This document shows positions 12,197-27,216 of a stretch of DNA of 64,000 bases, piece after piece. Origin of the DNA: an uncultured Actinomycetota bacterium (GTDB lineage: Bacteria > Actinomycetota > Actinomycetes > Actinomycetales > Dermatophilaceae); NCBI GenBank assembly GCA_963752445.1, contig CAVVYI010000027.1, forward strand, positions 7,180-71,179. The letters run 5' to 3'. The first letter of the stretch is position 1. Each line of letters begins with the position of its first letter. The translations under genes were made by a program, and so were the position numbers. The notes beneath the pieces are model-generated. The model did not search any database, was not told where the DNA came from, and saw only the letters and a program-made list of their open reading frames with translations.

Positions 12197-13198
12197 TCAG
12201 CTGGACGGGCGTGCCAGGCGGTGAGGAGGGCGCGCTCGTCGTCGTCGGCGAGGCCGGTGCGCCGTGGCTGGTCGGCCGGGCGCTGCTCCTCCCACGCCAG
12301 GGTGTCGCGGAGGGTCTCGACGAGGGGGCGGGTCGTGAGCCCGAGCCCTCGGGCCGCCGCACCGGAGCGGGCGGCGAAGCCCGCGTACTCGGGGAACGGC
12401 AGCCAGAGCGGGAGGGAGCGCGGACCCATCCACGCGGCCACCCCCTGCTCCTCGAGCCAGCCGGGCTCCGGCCGGCACCGGCTCGGCGGTGCTCGCCGCG
12501 GCCTCCCGGGACGCCGCGAGCACCGCGCCGAAGGTCGTCGTCGGGCCGACCGCGTCGACGACGCCGGCCACGCGCTCCTCGGCGCAGCGCACCAGCCAGG
12601 CGGCGAGGTCGCGCGCGTCGAGCACCTGGGCCGGGTCGTCGAGCGCGTCCGGGACGAGCACCTCGGCGTCGGCGGCCGGGTGGGCGAACCGCCACGGGTA
12701 CCAGCCGGTGCGGCCGGTGGTGTCGCCCGGGCCGCCGAGCAGGCCGGCCCGCGCGACGAGCACGTGCTCGGTGCCGACGCCGTCGAGCACGTGCTGCTCG
12801 CAGGCCACCTTCTTCGCGCCGTACTCGTCGGGCCCGTCACCGCCCTCCTCGAGGGGCGCCAGCAGCGCGGTGGACTCGTCGGCGCCGACGACCGAGTGGT
12901 CGGCGTAGACGTTGCCGGTGGAGACCTGTGACCAGTGCGCGACCCGCCCGGCGAGCGCCGCGACGGCGCGCCGCACCTGCGCGGGCTCGCGCGCGACGTC
13001 GACGACGGCGTCCCAGCTCTCGTCCTCGACCCCGCCGAGGCCCTCGGCGCTGCGGTCGTGCCGCACGAGCGCGGCGCCGTCGGCGACCGCGCCGGAGGAC
13101 CCGCGGGCCACGCAGGTGACGTCGTGGCCGGCGAGCAGCCCGGCGCGGGCCACCTCCCGGCCGAGGAACGCGGTGCCGCCGAGGACGAGGAGTCGCAT
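12197..13198 (-). CDS. NAD-dependent epimerase/dehydratase (atypical SDR; apparent indels)
   Basis: MRLLVLGGTAFLG, STGNVY, YGAKKVACE and LPLWLP. Confidence 0.85.
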   Translation of the reverse strand: MRLLVLGGTAFLGREVARAGLLAGHDVTCVARGSSGAVADGAALVRHDRSAEGLGGVEDESWDAVVDVAREPAQVRRAVAALAGRVAHWSQVSTGNVYADHSVVGADESTALLAPLEEGGDGPDEYGAKKVACEQHVLDGVGTEHVLVARAGLLGGPGDTTGRTGWYPWRFAHPAADAEVLVPDALDDPAQVLDARDLAAWLVRCAEERVAGVVDAVGPTTTFGAVLAASREAAASTAEPVPAGARLARGAGGGRVDGSALPPALAAVPRVRGLRRPLRCGGPRARAHDPPPRRDPPRHPGVGGAAPGRPATAHRPRRRRRARPPHRLARPSS

Positions 13199-13325
13199 CC
13201 CGCCAGCCGACCACGGGCCCCCGGTCCGGGGAAGGGCTGTTCGCCGACGGCGCAGCGGTGGCCGACGGTCGACGGTGCCGAGGCGCGGACATCGCGGGGT
13301 GGCCCCCGACCTGTCGACCGGGGGG

Positions 13326-14045
13326 TCAGTGCGCGATGCCGCCGACGTCGCCCGGCGGCCAGAACCGCAGGACCACGGGCCCGACCACCCGGTCGAGGGG
13401 CACGAACCGGGCGCACCCGTTCGCCTCGGTCGCGCCGCGACAGCCGATGACCGAGTCGGCGGACTGGGAGCGGTGGTCGCCGAGGACGAGGAGGTTCTCG
13501 CGCGGCACGCTGATCTCGGGGAAGCAGCGGGTCGAGCGCGGGGTCGTCGAGCAGTCGAGCGTGCCGGCGGTGAACGGCAGGTCCTCGAAGAGGTAGGGCT
13601 CGTCGAGCGGCCGGTCGTCGACGGTCACCCGGCCGTCGGTGCTGCAGCAGGCGACCCGTTCCCCGGGCAGCCCGACGACCCGCTTGACGGTGTACGAGGT
13701 GTTGCTCGGGCCGATGCCGGTGAGGTCGCCGACCCAGCGCAGCGCCCGCACGAGCGGGTTGCCCGCCTCGGGCAGCCGGGGCTCCTGCCACGACGTGCCG
13801 TGCCCGAAGACGACGACGTCGCCGCGGGCCACCGTGTGGTCGAGCCGGTTGACGAGGATGCGGTCGCCGATGTGGAGGGTCTGCTCCATCGACTGCGACG
13901 GCACCCCGAACGGCTTGACGAGGAAGGCCTGGACGAGCGCGACGGCGACGAGGGCGACGAGCACCTCGGTGAACCACGGCAGACGGCGTCGGCGGCGCGG
14001 GGTCTGCGGGGGCCCCTCGGCGCCGGCTTCGGTCACGCGCGTCAC
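13326..14045 (-). CDS. lepB: Signal peptidase I (paralog 1)
   Basis: TM helix, VPSQSMEQTL (Ser), VKRVVGLPGE (Lys) and LGDHRSQSADS. Confidence 0.9.
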   Translation of the reverse strand: MTRVTEAGAEGPPQTPRRRRRLPWFTEVLVALVAVALVQAFLVKPFGVPSQSMEQTLHIGDRILVNRLDHTVARGDVVVFGHGTSWQEPRLPEAGNPLVRALRWVGDLTGIGPSNTSYTVKRVVGLPGERVACCSTDGRVTVDDRPLDEPYLFEDLPFTAGTLDCSTTPRSTRCFPEISVPRENLLVLGDHRSQSADSVIGCRGATEANGCARFVPLDRVVGPVVLRFWPPGDVGGIAH

Positions 14046-14179
14046 CCTAGTCCGCGTTCCGTCACAGGTGTCGACGCGAGCGCGGACGCGTCGCGCGGAC
14101 GGGCTCGCGTGCGTCCCCGGTCGGGCGTCGGCCGGGTGTGGTCGAATGAGGCCACCCCGACAGTGAAGGAGCCGCCCGG

Positions 14180-16135
14180 ATGAGGTCCGGCATCGACCGC
14201 TCGGCCGTCGACGAGACGGTCCGCCCCCAGGACGACCTGTTCGCCCACGCCAACGGCGCCTGGTACCGCCGCACCGAGATCCCCGACGACCGGGGGCGCT
14301 ACGGCACCTTCGACGTGCTGCGGGAGGCGGCCGAGGAGCACGTGCGGACGATCATCGAGCAGGTCGCCGCCGGGGCGCCCGCGCCCGGGCACCGTCGCGG
14401 CGAAGGTCGGCGACCTCTACTCCAGCTTCATGGACGAGGCGACGGTCGACGCCCTCGGCGCGGCGCCGCTGCTGGGCGACCTCGAGCGGGTCGCCGCGGT
14501 GCGCGGCCCGGGCGACCTCATGCGGCTGCTCGGCGAGCTGGCCCGCGACGGCGTCGGCGGGCCGGTCATCCCGTTCGTCAACACCGACGACCGCGACCCC
14601 GACCGCTACGTCGTCTACCTCGAGCAGGCCGGGCTCGGCCTCCCCGACGAGTCGTACTACCGCGAGCCGCAGCACGAGGCCATGCGCGAGGCCTACCTGC
14701 CGCACGTCGCCCGGATGCTCGAGCTCGTCGGGCACCCGGGCGCGCAGGGCGCGGCCGAGCGCGTCCTGGCGCTCGAGACCCGCCTCGCGGCCGGGCACTG
14801 GGACAAGGTGACCAACCGCGACCCGGTGCGGACCTACACCCTCGTCGACCGCGCCGGGCTCGAGGCGCTGGGCCCGGGCATCGACTGGTCGGCCTTCCTC
14901 GCGGGGATGGGGCGTGCCCGAGCGCGCCTTCTCCGCCGTCGTCGTGCGCCAGCCCTCCTACCTCGGCGTGCTCGCGAGCGCCCTCGCCGAGGTGCCGGTC
15001 GAGGCCTGGCGCGACTGGCTCGCCTGGCACGTCGTCCACGCCCACGCGCCGTACCTCTCCTCGGCGTTCGTCGAGGAGAACTTCGACTTCTACGGGCGCA
15101 CCCTCTCCGGGGTGCCGCAGCTGCGCGACCGCTGGAAGCGCGCGGTCACCCTCGTCGAGGGGGCGCTCGGCGAGGCGGTCGGCCAGCTCTACGTCGAGCG
15201 CCACTTCCCGCCCCACGCCAAGGAGCGGATGCTCGAGCTCGTCGACCACCTCGTCGAGGCCTTCCGGCAGAGCCTGTCGGCGGTGCCGTGGATGGGGGAG
15301 GCGACCCGCGCCGAGGCCCTGGCCAAGCTCGAGTCGTTCACGCCGAAGATCGGCTACCCGGACGTCTGGCGCGACTACTCCGCGCTCGCCGTCGACGCCG
15401 ACGACCTGCTCGGCAACGTCCGGCGGGCCAGCGCCTTCGAGCTCGACCGCAACCTCGCCAAGCTCGGCGGGCCGGTCGACCGCACCGAGTGGTTCATGAC
15501 CCCGCAGACGGTCAACGCCTACTACAACCCCGGGATGAACGAGATCGTCTTCCCGGCGGCGATCCTCCAGCCGCCCTTCTTCGACGTCGACGCCGACGAC
15601 GCCGTCAACTACGGCGGCATCGGGGCGGTCATCGGCCACGAGATCGGCCACGGCTTCGACGACCAGGGGTCGCAGTTCGACGGCCGCGGCGAGCTGCGCG
15701 ACTGGTGGACCGAGGCCGACCGCACCCGCTTCCAGGCCCTCGCCGACGCCCTCGTCGCGCAGTTCGACGGGCTCGAGACGCCGCGACGCCCCCGGCCGCC
15801 GGTCAACGGCGCGCTGACGGTCGGCGAGAACATCGGCGACCTCGGCGGGCTGACCATCGGCCTCTCCGCCTACCGCATCTCCCTCGACGGGCAGCCGGCG
15901 CCGGAGCTCGACGGGCTGACCGGGGAGCAGCGCTTCTTCCTCGGCTGGGCGCAGCTCTGGCGCGGCAAGTCCCGTGCGGCCGAGGCCGAGCGGCTGCTGG
16001 CCATCGACCCGCACTCGCCGATGGACCTGCGCGCGAACGCGGCCCGCAACCTCGACGCGTTCCACGAGGCCTTCGGCACCGCAGCCCGGCGACGGCATGT
16101 GGCTGCCGGAGTCCGACCGCGTCCGCATCTTCTGA
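14180..16135 (+). CDS. M13 family metalloendopeptidase (PepO/Zmp1-like; apparent indels)
   Basis: RPQDDLFAHANG, VNAYYNP, GHEIGHGFD (HExxH), GENIGD and DPHSP. Confidence 0.92.
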
Positions 16136-16194
16136 GCGCGGACGCCGGCGCGGCGTGGTTTGGGCGGCGGCCCGGCGCTTGACAGGATGGCGGG

Positions 16195-17398
16195 GTGACT
16201 GAGTCGATCTGGGCCTACCTGGGCATCGCCGTGGCCGTCCTCCTCGTGGCCGGGGGAGTGGTCCTCGGGCTGCTCCGGGGGCGCGGCGCCGCGCGCGAGC
16301 GCGAGCTCGACCTCCCCGAGGCGCCGGGCACCCCCGGCCCGGGCGACGCCGACCTCGCCCCGGACGGTGCGATCGGCACGATCGAGCACCCCGGCGAGGT
16401 CGTCGAGGAGGAGCCCGAGGCGGCCGACGCCGACCGCCCCGGCGGCTCCGCGGAGCAGGTCCAGGAGGTGCCGACGGCGCCCGGCCGGCCGGCTGCGGCG
16501 GCTGCGGGCCCGCCTCGCGCGCTCGAACTCCTCGCTCGGCCAGGGCCTGCTCGCCCTGCTCGCCGGCGGCCGGCTCGACGACGCCGCCTGGGAGGAGGTC
16601 GAGGACACCCTCCTGGCCGCCGACCTCGGCGTCGCCGCGAGCACCGAGCTCGTCGCGGCGCTGCGCACCCGCGTGGCGGTCGAGGGCACCACCGACGAGG
16701 CCTCGGTGCGGCGGCTGCTGCGCGAGGAGCTGCTCGCCCTCGTCGACCCGTCGATGGACCGCTCCCTCGCCGACCAGCGGGTCGACGGCCGCCCGGCCTG
16801 CATCCTCGTCGTCGGGGTCAACGGCACGGGCAAGACGACGACGGTGGGCAAGCTGGCCCGCGTGCTCGTCGCCCAGGACAAGGACGTCGTGCTCGGCGCC
16901 GCCGACACCTTCCGGGCCGCGGCGGCCGACCAGCTCGAGACGTGGGGCGGGCGGGTCGGCGTCCCGACGATCCGCTCCGACCGCGAGGGTGCCGACCCCG
17001 CCGCCGTCGCGTTCGACGCCGTCCGGGCCGCGGCCGAGCTCGAGGCCGACGTCGTCCTCGTCGACACCGCGGGCCGCCTGCAGAACAAGGTCGGGCTCAT
17101 GGACGAGCTCGGGAAGGTCAAGCGGGTCATCGAGAAGCAGAGCCCGGTCGACGAGGTGCTGCTCGTGCTCGACGCGACGACGGGGCAGAACGGCATGCGC
17201 CAGGCCGAGGTGTTCGCCCAGGTCGTGGGCATCACGGGCATCGTGCTCACCAAGCTCGACGGCACGGCCAAGGGCGGCATCGTCGTCGCCGTGCAGCGCG
17301 AGCTCGGCGTGCCGGTCAAGCTCGTCGGCCTCGGCGAGGGCCCCGACGACCTCGCGCCGTTCGACCCCGAGGCGTTCGTCGACGCCATCATCGACTGA
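16195..17398 (+). CDS. ftsY: SRP receptor GTPase (one apparent indel near 16480)
   Basis: N-terminal TM, GVNGTGKTTT, DTFRAAA, DTAGR and TKLDGTAKGG. Confidence 0.96.
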
Positions 17399-17401
17399 CG
17401 G

Positions 17402-17628
17402 AGGACGCGGGGGGTGGTGGGCTGTGGTGATGGCTCGAGTGTGACCCGTCGCCTGACTGACCGTTTGTTTTTGACGAGACTTGTCCATCGGAGTGGTCGG
17501 CCCGGCCCGGTCGGGTGTGACTGGCCTGATCAGGAGGCGGACGCCCGAGCGTGTCGCCTCGGCGTGTCCCGTCACAGTCCTGCCGGCTCTGCCGGATCGG
17601 ACACGTCCGGGAAGAAAGGGAGGAACGC
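17402..17628 (+). ncRNA. Candidate IS110 bridge RNA in the non-coding left end
   Basis: ~225-nt non-coding stretch upstream of the recombinase with nested hairpins (e.g. 17541-17565) and short matches to target and donor junctions. Same position as the bridge RNA of IS621-type elements. Confidence 0.55.
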
Positions 17629-18545
17629 ATGACCAGGCTGTCAGAGCTTGTTGATGTCGTCATCGGGGTCGACACCCACACGATACCCCACGCTGCGTGG
17701 TTGTGCTCACACGGGGGCGCGTGGATGACCTGACCGTCCCACACCCCTGAGGGCTACCAGGATTGTCGATTTGGCTGATGGACCAGCCCTTGCGGGCCTG
17801 GTCGATGGATGGACCGGCGGAGGGCTGGTTGCTCGGCTGCTGCACGGTGAGGATTGTGATCGACTTGATCGGCCCGAACGGGCCGAGCGGCGAACGGAGC
17901 AAGTCGGATCGATCGACGCGATCCGAGCGCCCGAGAGCGCTGGCTCGCGACTCGGCCCCCGCGCATGGCGACGCAGCGCTGTCGGGCCCTGGCCGCCGCC
18001 GCTCAGCCGTCGACGCGGCGACGATCGCCAGCGGCACTGCAGGCTGTGATCGCGCCCCGGGCTGCTGCGCAAGCGACGGGCGCAACTGGAGGGCGGATCG
18101 CGGGCCTACGATCGCGCCCGTGGGACCGAGACCAGCACCCCGCGCTCATGCTGCGACCTCGCTCGCCGTGCCAGGCCTGCAGCCGAAGCCGCCGACGGAA
18201 GCGATCTTGGCGATCGTGCGCTCGGGCGACCGACCTGCTCGCCCAGCTCGGTGTCGGCCTATCGTTGCCGCCACGGTCTGTGGCTGGTCCCACCGGGCCG
18301 CGCCGCCGAGCGCCTTCGCGAGCTCGCCGGCGTCGCCCGATCCCGCACAGCGGACAGAGACGACCGACCGCCTGAACCGCGCGGTGACCGGCAGCCAACC
18401 GAGCGCTGCACAGATCGTGCTGGGCCGGCACGCACGACCCTCACCCGCGCCTACGCCGCCGACGCGACGAGGGCAGTCCCCGAGAGATCAAGCGCTGCCT
18501 AAGAGCTACATCGCCCGCGACCTTACCATCCGAGCACGCCCCAAA
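17629..18545 (+). pseudogene. IS110 DEDD recombinase/transposase, heavily frameshifted as assembled
   Basis: MTRLSELVDVVIGVDTH (first Asp), a KSD.IDA-like segment near 17900, remnants resembling LAGVAP/SG/RLNR/GDRQ at 18320-18410 and IKRCL/YIARDL at 18490-18525. Good RBS (GGGAGG). Confidence 0.8.
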
Positions 18546-18596
18546 GTTGACGAACCATAGGAGGCCCGGCGCGGGCGGGCCGTCTTGTGGTCCGGG

Positions 18597-18615
18597 AAAG
18601 GTGTGCCTTACCTTA
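18597..18615. promoter_or_regulatory. DtxR/IdeR iron box upstream of feoA
   Basis: AAAGGTGTGCCTTACCTTA matches 16/19 positions of TWAGGTWAGSCTWACCTWA. Confidence 0.75.
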
Positions 18616-18648
18616 GTCGTGACCGTCCCGACCAAGCCGAGGAGCTCG

Positions 18649-18952
18649 ATGTCCCCGCTGTCCGCCGCGCTGCGCGACCGCTCCATCGAGCCCGCGGCGG
18701 CCCACGCCGACAGCGGGACCATGCACGCTGGCCGACCTCGCGCCGGGGCGAGCGCCGTGCGTCCTCCACGTGCAGCGACGAGCTCGACCCGGCCACCGCC
18801 CGCCGGCTCGTCGACCTCGGCTTCGCGCCGGGCGCCCGGGTGCGCGTCGTGCGCCGGGCGCCGATGGCCGACCCGGTGATCTTCCGGGTCGCCGGCGGCG
18901 AGCTGGCGCTGCGCCGCAGCCAGGCCCGCTGCATCAGCGTGTGCCCCGCGCC

Positions 18953-18956
<4 letters not shown>
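18649..18956 (+). CDS. feoA: Ferrous iron transport protein A (apparent indel)
   Basis: [25 protein letters not shown]...LALRRSQA. Confidence 0.88.
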
Positions 18957-23515
<4,559 letters not shown>

Positions 23516-23518
23516 GCG

Positions 23519-25918
23519 ATGACCCCCTCCTCGAGCGACATCGGCTCCCGGAGGCTCGACCTGGCCGGCACCCGCGACTTCCACGTCGCCGGTGCCGGCC
23601 GGGCGCGCCGGGCGGCCCTGTCGACGTTCAACCGCGCGTGGCTCGCCGAGGTGTGGCGCTCCGCGACCGGTGGGGCGCGCATCGAGGGGGTGGCCCTCGC
23701 GGCCGTCGGCAGCCTGGGCCGCGGTGACGCCGGTCCGCTGTCCGACTACGACCTCGTCCTCCTGCACTCCGAGCGGTCGCTGCCGGCCAAGGAGCTCACC
23801 GCGCTCGCCGACCGGATCTGGTACCCGATCTGGGACGCCGGGGTGCGCCTCGACCACAGCGTCCGCACGGTGACCCAGTGCCGCCAGGTGGCCGCGGGAG
23901 ACCTCACGGCGGCCGTCGGGCTGCTCGACCTCGCCGCCCTCGCCGGTGACGCCGAGCTCGTCGCCGCGGCCCGCTCGACCGTCGCGCACGACTGGCGGGG
24001 CAACGCCCGCAAGCGGCTGCCGCAGCTCGTCGAGGCCCAGGGCACCCGGCACGCCCGCCAGGGCGACCTGGCGCAGTCGATCGAGCCCGAGCTCAAGGAG
24101 GCCCACGGCGGCCTGCGCGACATGACCGTCCTCGCCGCGCTCGCCGAGGCGTGGCTGGCCGACCGGCCCCACGGCGGCGTCGACGCCGCCCACGAGCTGC
24201 TCCTCGACGTCCGCGACGCCGTGCACGTCGTCACCGGCCGCGGCCGCGACCGGCTGGGCCGCGAGGACCACGACGCCGTCGCCGCCCTCCTCGGCTACCC
24301 CGACGCCGACGACCTGCTGACCGCCGTGTCCGGTGCCGGCCGGCTCATCGCCTACGCGCTCGACGGCACGGTCCGCCGGGCCGGCCAGTCGCAGCGGGCC
24401 CGCACCCTGCGCGTCGGCCCGCGCCGGCCGCAGATGACCCCGCTCGGGCACGGGCTGTTCGCGAGCGACGGCGAGGTGGTCCTCGGGTCGGCCCGCCTCG
24501 CCGAGACCGACCCGGCGATGGCGCTGCGGGCCGGCGTCGTCGCGGCCCGGGCCGGGCTGCCGGTGGCGCCGACGACCCTCGAGAACCTCGCGGCGACCGT
24601 GCCCGACCTGCCGACGCCGTGGCCGGTGGCCGCGCGTGACCTGCTCGGCGACCTCCTCGCCTCGGGGCAGGGCCTGGTCACCGTGTGGGAGGGGCTGGAC
24701 CAGGTCGGCATCGTCGAGCGCTGGCTGCCCGAGTGGGCCGCCGTCCGCTCCCGGCCCCAGCGCAACGCGGTGCACCGGCACACCGTCGACCGGCACCTCG
24801 TCGAGACCGTCGTCCGGGCGGCCGGGCTCGTGCGGCGCACCTCCCGGCCCGACCTGCTCCTCGTCGCGGCCCTGCTCCACGACATCGGCAAGGTGCGCGG
24901 CGCGCACGACCACTCGGTCGCCGGGGCCGAGGCCGCCCGCACCATCGCCACGCGGTGGGGCTTCTCGCCGCGCGACGTCGAGGTCCTCGTCACCCTCGTG
25001 CGCGAGCACCTCACGATCATCGAGCTCGCGACCCGTCGCGACCACCAGGACCCCGCGACGGTCGACGCGGCCGTCGCGGCGGTCGGCGGCGACCGCGAGG
25101 TGTTCGAGATCCTCCTCGCGCTCACCGAGGCCGACGCGTCGGCGGCCGGCCCGCTGGCCTGGACCGACTGGCGGGCCGCGCTGCTCGAGCAGCTGGCCAC
25201 CGCCGTCCGGGCGCGGCTCGACGCCCCGCGACCCGAGCCGGGGTCGCCGGCGCCCACGGCCACCCCGGAGGGCTCGGGTGCCCTCGACCCGGAGGTCGCC
25301 GCGGCCGTGCGGGCCGGCGAGCCCCGGGTGCGGGTCGTCTCCGGCGGGGGCTCGCACCGCCTCGACATCCTCGACCTCGACCGGGTCGGGCTGTTCGCCG
25401 ACACCGCGGGGCTGCTCGCCGCGGAGGGGCACACCGTGCGCACGGCCATCCTGCGGACGGTCGACGGCGTCGCGATCGACGAGTGGCACGTCGAGTCCCC
25501 GAGCGGCGCCGTGCCCGACCCCGAGCGCATCGTCCGGGGGCTGGCGCGGCTGGGGCGCGGCGACCGGGGCCCGCTGCAGACCCTCGACCGGCGCCGGGCG
25601 CACCTGCCGCGGCCCTCGGGGGAGTCGGGCATCGGCTCGCCGGGCCAGGCCCGGGCGCTCGTCGTGCCCGGCGCGAGCTCGGAGGCCACCGTCCTCGAGG
25701 TGCGCGCCCAGGACCGTCCGGGGCTGCTCCACGAGCTCGGGGCCGCCTTCGCCGGGGCGCGGATGTCGGTGCGCTCGGCCCACATCGCGACCTACGCCGG
25801 CCAGACCCTCGACACCTTCTACCTCACCGGGTCCGACGGCCGGCCCCTCCCGCCGGCCCGGGTGGCCCAGGCCGTGAGCATCGTCATCGACACCTGCGAC
25901 GGCGTCACCACGTCCTGA
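23519..25918 (+). CDS. glnD: P-II nucleotidyltransferase
   Basis: AVGSLGRG..PLSDYD, LKEAHGGLRD, HRHTVDRH, LLHDIGK and ACT domains (DRPGLL). Confidence 0.95.
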   Translation: MTPSSSDIGSRRLDLAGTRDFHVAGAGRARRAALSTFNRAWLAEVWRSATGGARIEGVALAAVGSLGRGDAGPLSDYDLVLLHSERSLPAKELTALADRIWYPIWDAGVRLDHSVRTVTQCRQVAAGDLTAAVGLLDLAALAGDAELVAAARSTVAHDWRGNARKRLPQLVEAQGTRHARQGDLAQSIEPELKEAHGGLRDMTVLAALAEAWLADRPHGGVDAAHELLLDVRDAVHVVTGRGRDRLGREDHDAVAALLGYPDADDLLTAVSGAGRLIAYALDGTVRRAGQSQRARTLRVGPRRPQMTPLGHGLFASDGEVVLGSARLAETDPAMALRAGVVAARAGLPVAPTTLENLAATVPDLPTPWPVAARDLLGDLLASGQGLVTVWEGLDQVGIVERWLPEWAAVRSRPQRNAVHRHTVDRHLVETVVRAAGLVRRTSRPDLLLVAALLHDIGKVRGAHDHSVAGAEAARTIATRWGFSPRDVEVLVTLVREHLTIIELATRRDHQDPATVDAAVAAVGGDREVFEILLALTEADASAAGPLAWTDWRAALLEQLATAVRARLDAPRPEPGSPAPTATPEGSGALDPEVAAAVRAGEPRVRVVSGGGSHRLDILDLDRVGLFADTAGLLAAEGHTVRTAILRTVDGVAIDEWHVESPSGAVPDPERIVRGLARLGRGDRGPLQTLDRRRAHLPRPSGESGIGSPGQARALVVPGASSEATVLEVRAQDRPGLLHELGAAFAGARMSVRSAHIATYAGQTLDTFYLTGSDGRPLPPARVAQAVSIVIDTCDGVTTS

Positions 25919-25930
25919 AGCGCGGCGGCG

Positions 25931-27065
25931 TCAGCGGGCGGAGCGCGAGAGAGGGCGGCCCCGACCGGGCGCCGACCCGGGTGAGCAGGGTGCGGGTGAG
26001 CGAGGGGTCGAGGGCGGGGTCGGCATCGGTGAGGGCGACCAGCTCGTGGACCGCCGCGAACCCGTGCCGTCGGGCCGCGGCGGGGGGCAGGTCGCTGCGC
26101 CCGACGACGAGCTCGACACGGGTGCCCGCCCGGCGGGCCACGGCCGAGGGGAGCTTCCCGTCGAGGGTCTGGGCGTCGAGGCGGCCCTCGCCGCTCACGA
26201 CGAGGTCGCGCCCGCGCGCCGCCTCGTCGAACCGCAGCAGGTCGAGGAAGTGGTCGGCACCGGAGACCACCCTGCCGCCGAGCAGCAGGGCGGCGAAGCC
26301 CAGGCCTCCCGCGGCGCCGGCACCGGGGAGCCGGGCGAGCCCGGGGCGCCGCGGGGTTGTCGCGGGCGGCGACCGCGACGAGGCGGGTGAGCCGTTCCTC
26401 GAGGACGGCGACGGTCGCCGGGTCGGCACCCTTCTGGGGCCCGAACACCGCGGCCGCGCCGGAGGCCCGAGCAGCGGGTTGGTGACGTCGGTGGCGACGA
26501 CGAGGTCGAGGTCCTCGGGGAGGAGGCCCGCGGGGCGGACGGCCTCGACCCCGGTGGGGTCGGCGGCGGCGGTGCCCGGGGGACCTCCCGGGGCGACGTC
26601 GCGCCGAGGGCGGCGAGGAGGCCGAGGCCACCGTCGGTGCTCGCGCTCCCGCCGAGGGCGAGGACCAGCCGCCGGGGGCGCAGGCGGAGGGCCTCGCGCA
26701 CCGCCACGCCGAGACCGGCGCTCGAGGCCTCGAGCGGGCGCAGCCGCTCGCCGGGGAGCAGGGCGAGGCCGCAGGTGTTGGCCACCTCGACGACGACGGT
26801 GTCGCCGCGCACCGCGAGGACCGCCCGGCCGGGCCGGCCCAGGGCGCCCGGTACCTCGACGGGGTGGGGCGTGAAGCCGGCGGCCACCGCGGCCGCGACA
26901 CTGCCGTCGCCACCGTCGGCCAGGGGGAGGCGGGTGACCTCGAGCCGGGGCGGCGCCCGCGCCGGCGAGGCCGGCGGCGAGGGCGTCCGCGACCTCGGCG
27001 CTCGTGAGCGAACCCTTGAACGCGCCGGGGGCGACGAGGACGGAGGGAGCGGGCACCGGCGTCAT
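25931..27065 (-). CDS. Glycerate kinase (apparent indels)
   Basis: APGAFKGSLTS, LADGGDG, LGGSASTDGG, DVTNPLLG, FGPQKGA, GAGAAGGLG and GEGRLDAQTLDGK. Confidence 0.88.
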
Positions 27066-27216
27066 CCCGCCGCGGGGAGCGACGAGGCCGGCGGCGACCG
27101 ACGGAGTATGGCGAGCGGTCGGGGTCCGCACGTCGACCTCCTCGGGATCGGGCAGGCTCCGACCCTACCGACGGCCACGGGTCGGGGCGGCGACGCCCAG
27201 ACGTTAGCCTTGGGCG

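Larger units (their letters stand above)
17400..18564 (+). mobile_element. IS110-family insertion sequence
   Basis: Lower GC than the flanks, IS110 recombinase motifs, no terminal inverted repeats, GG(AGG) repeated at both junctions, and TTGACG near the right end. Removing it restores a hairpin after ftsY. Confidence 0.85.

Noticed and set aside
18547-18580. Hybrid promoter from the IS right-end TTGACG driving feoAB, or a circle-junction promoter
   Set aside because: No credible -10 lies 16-18 bp downstream in either the genomic flank or the reconstructed junction, although sequence errors could hide one.
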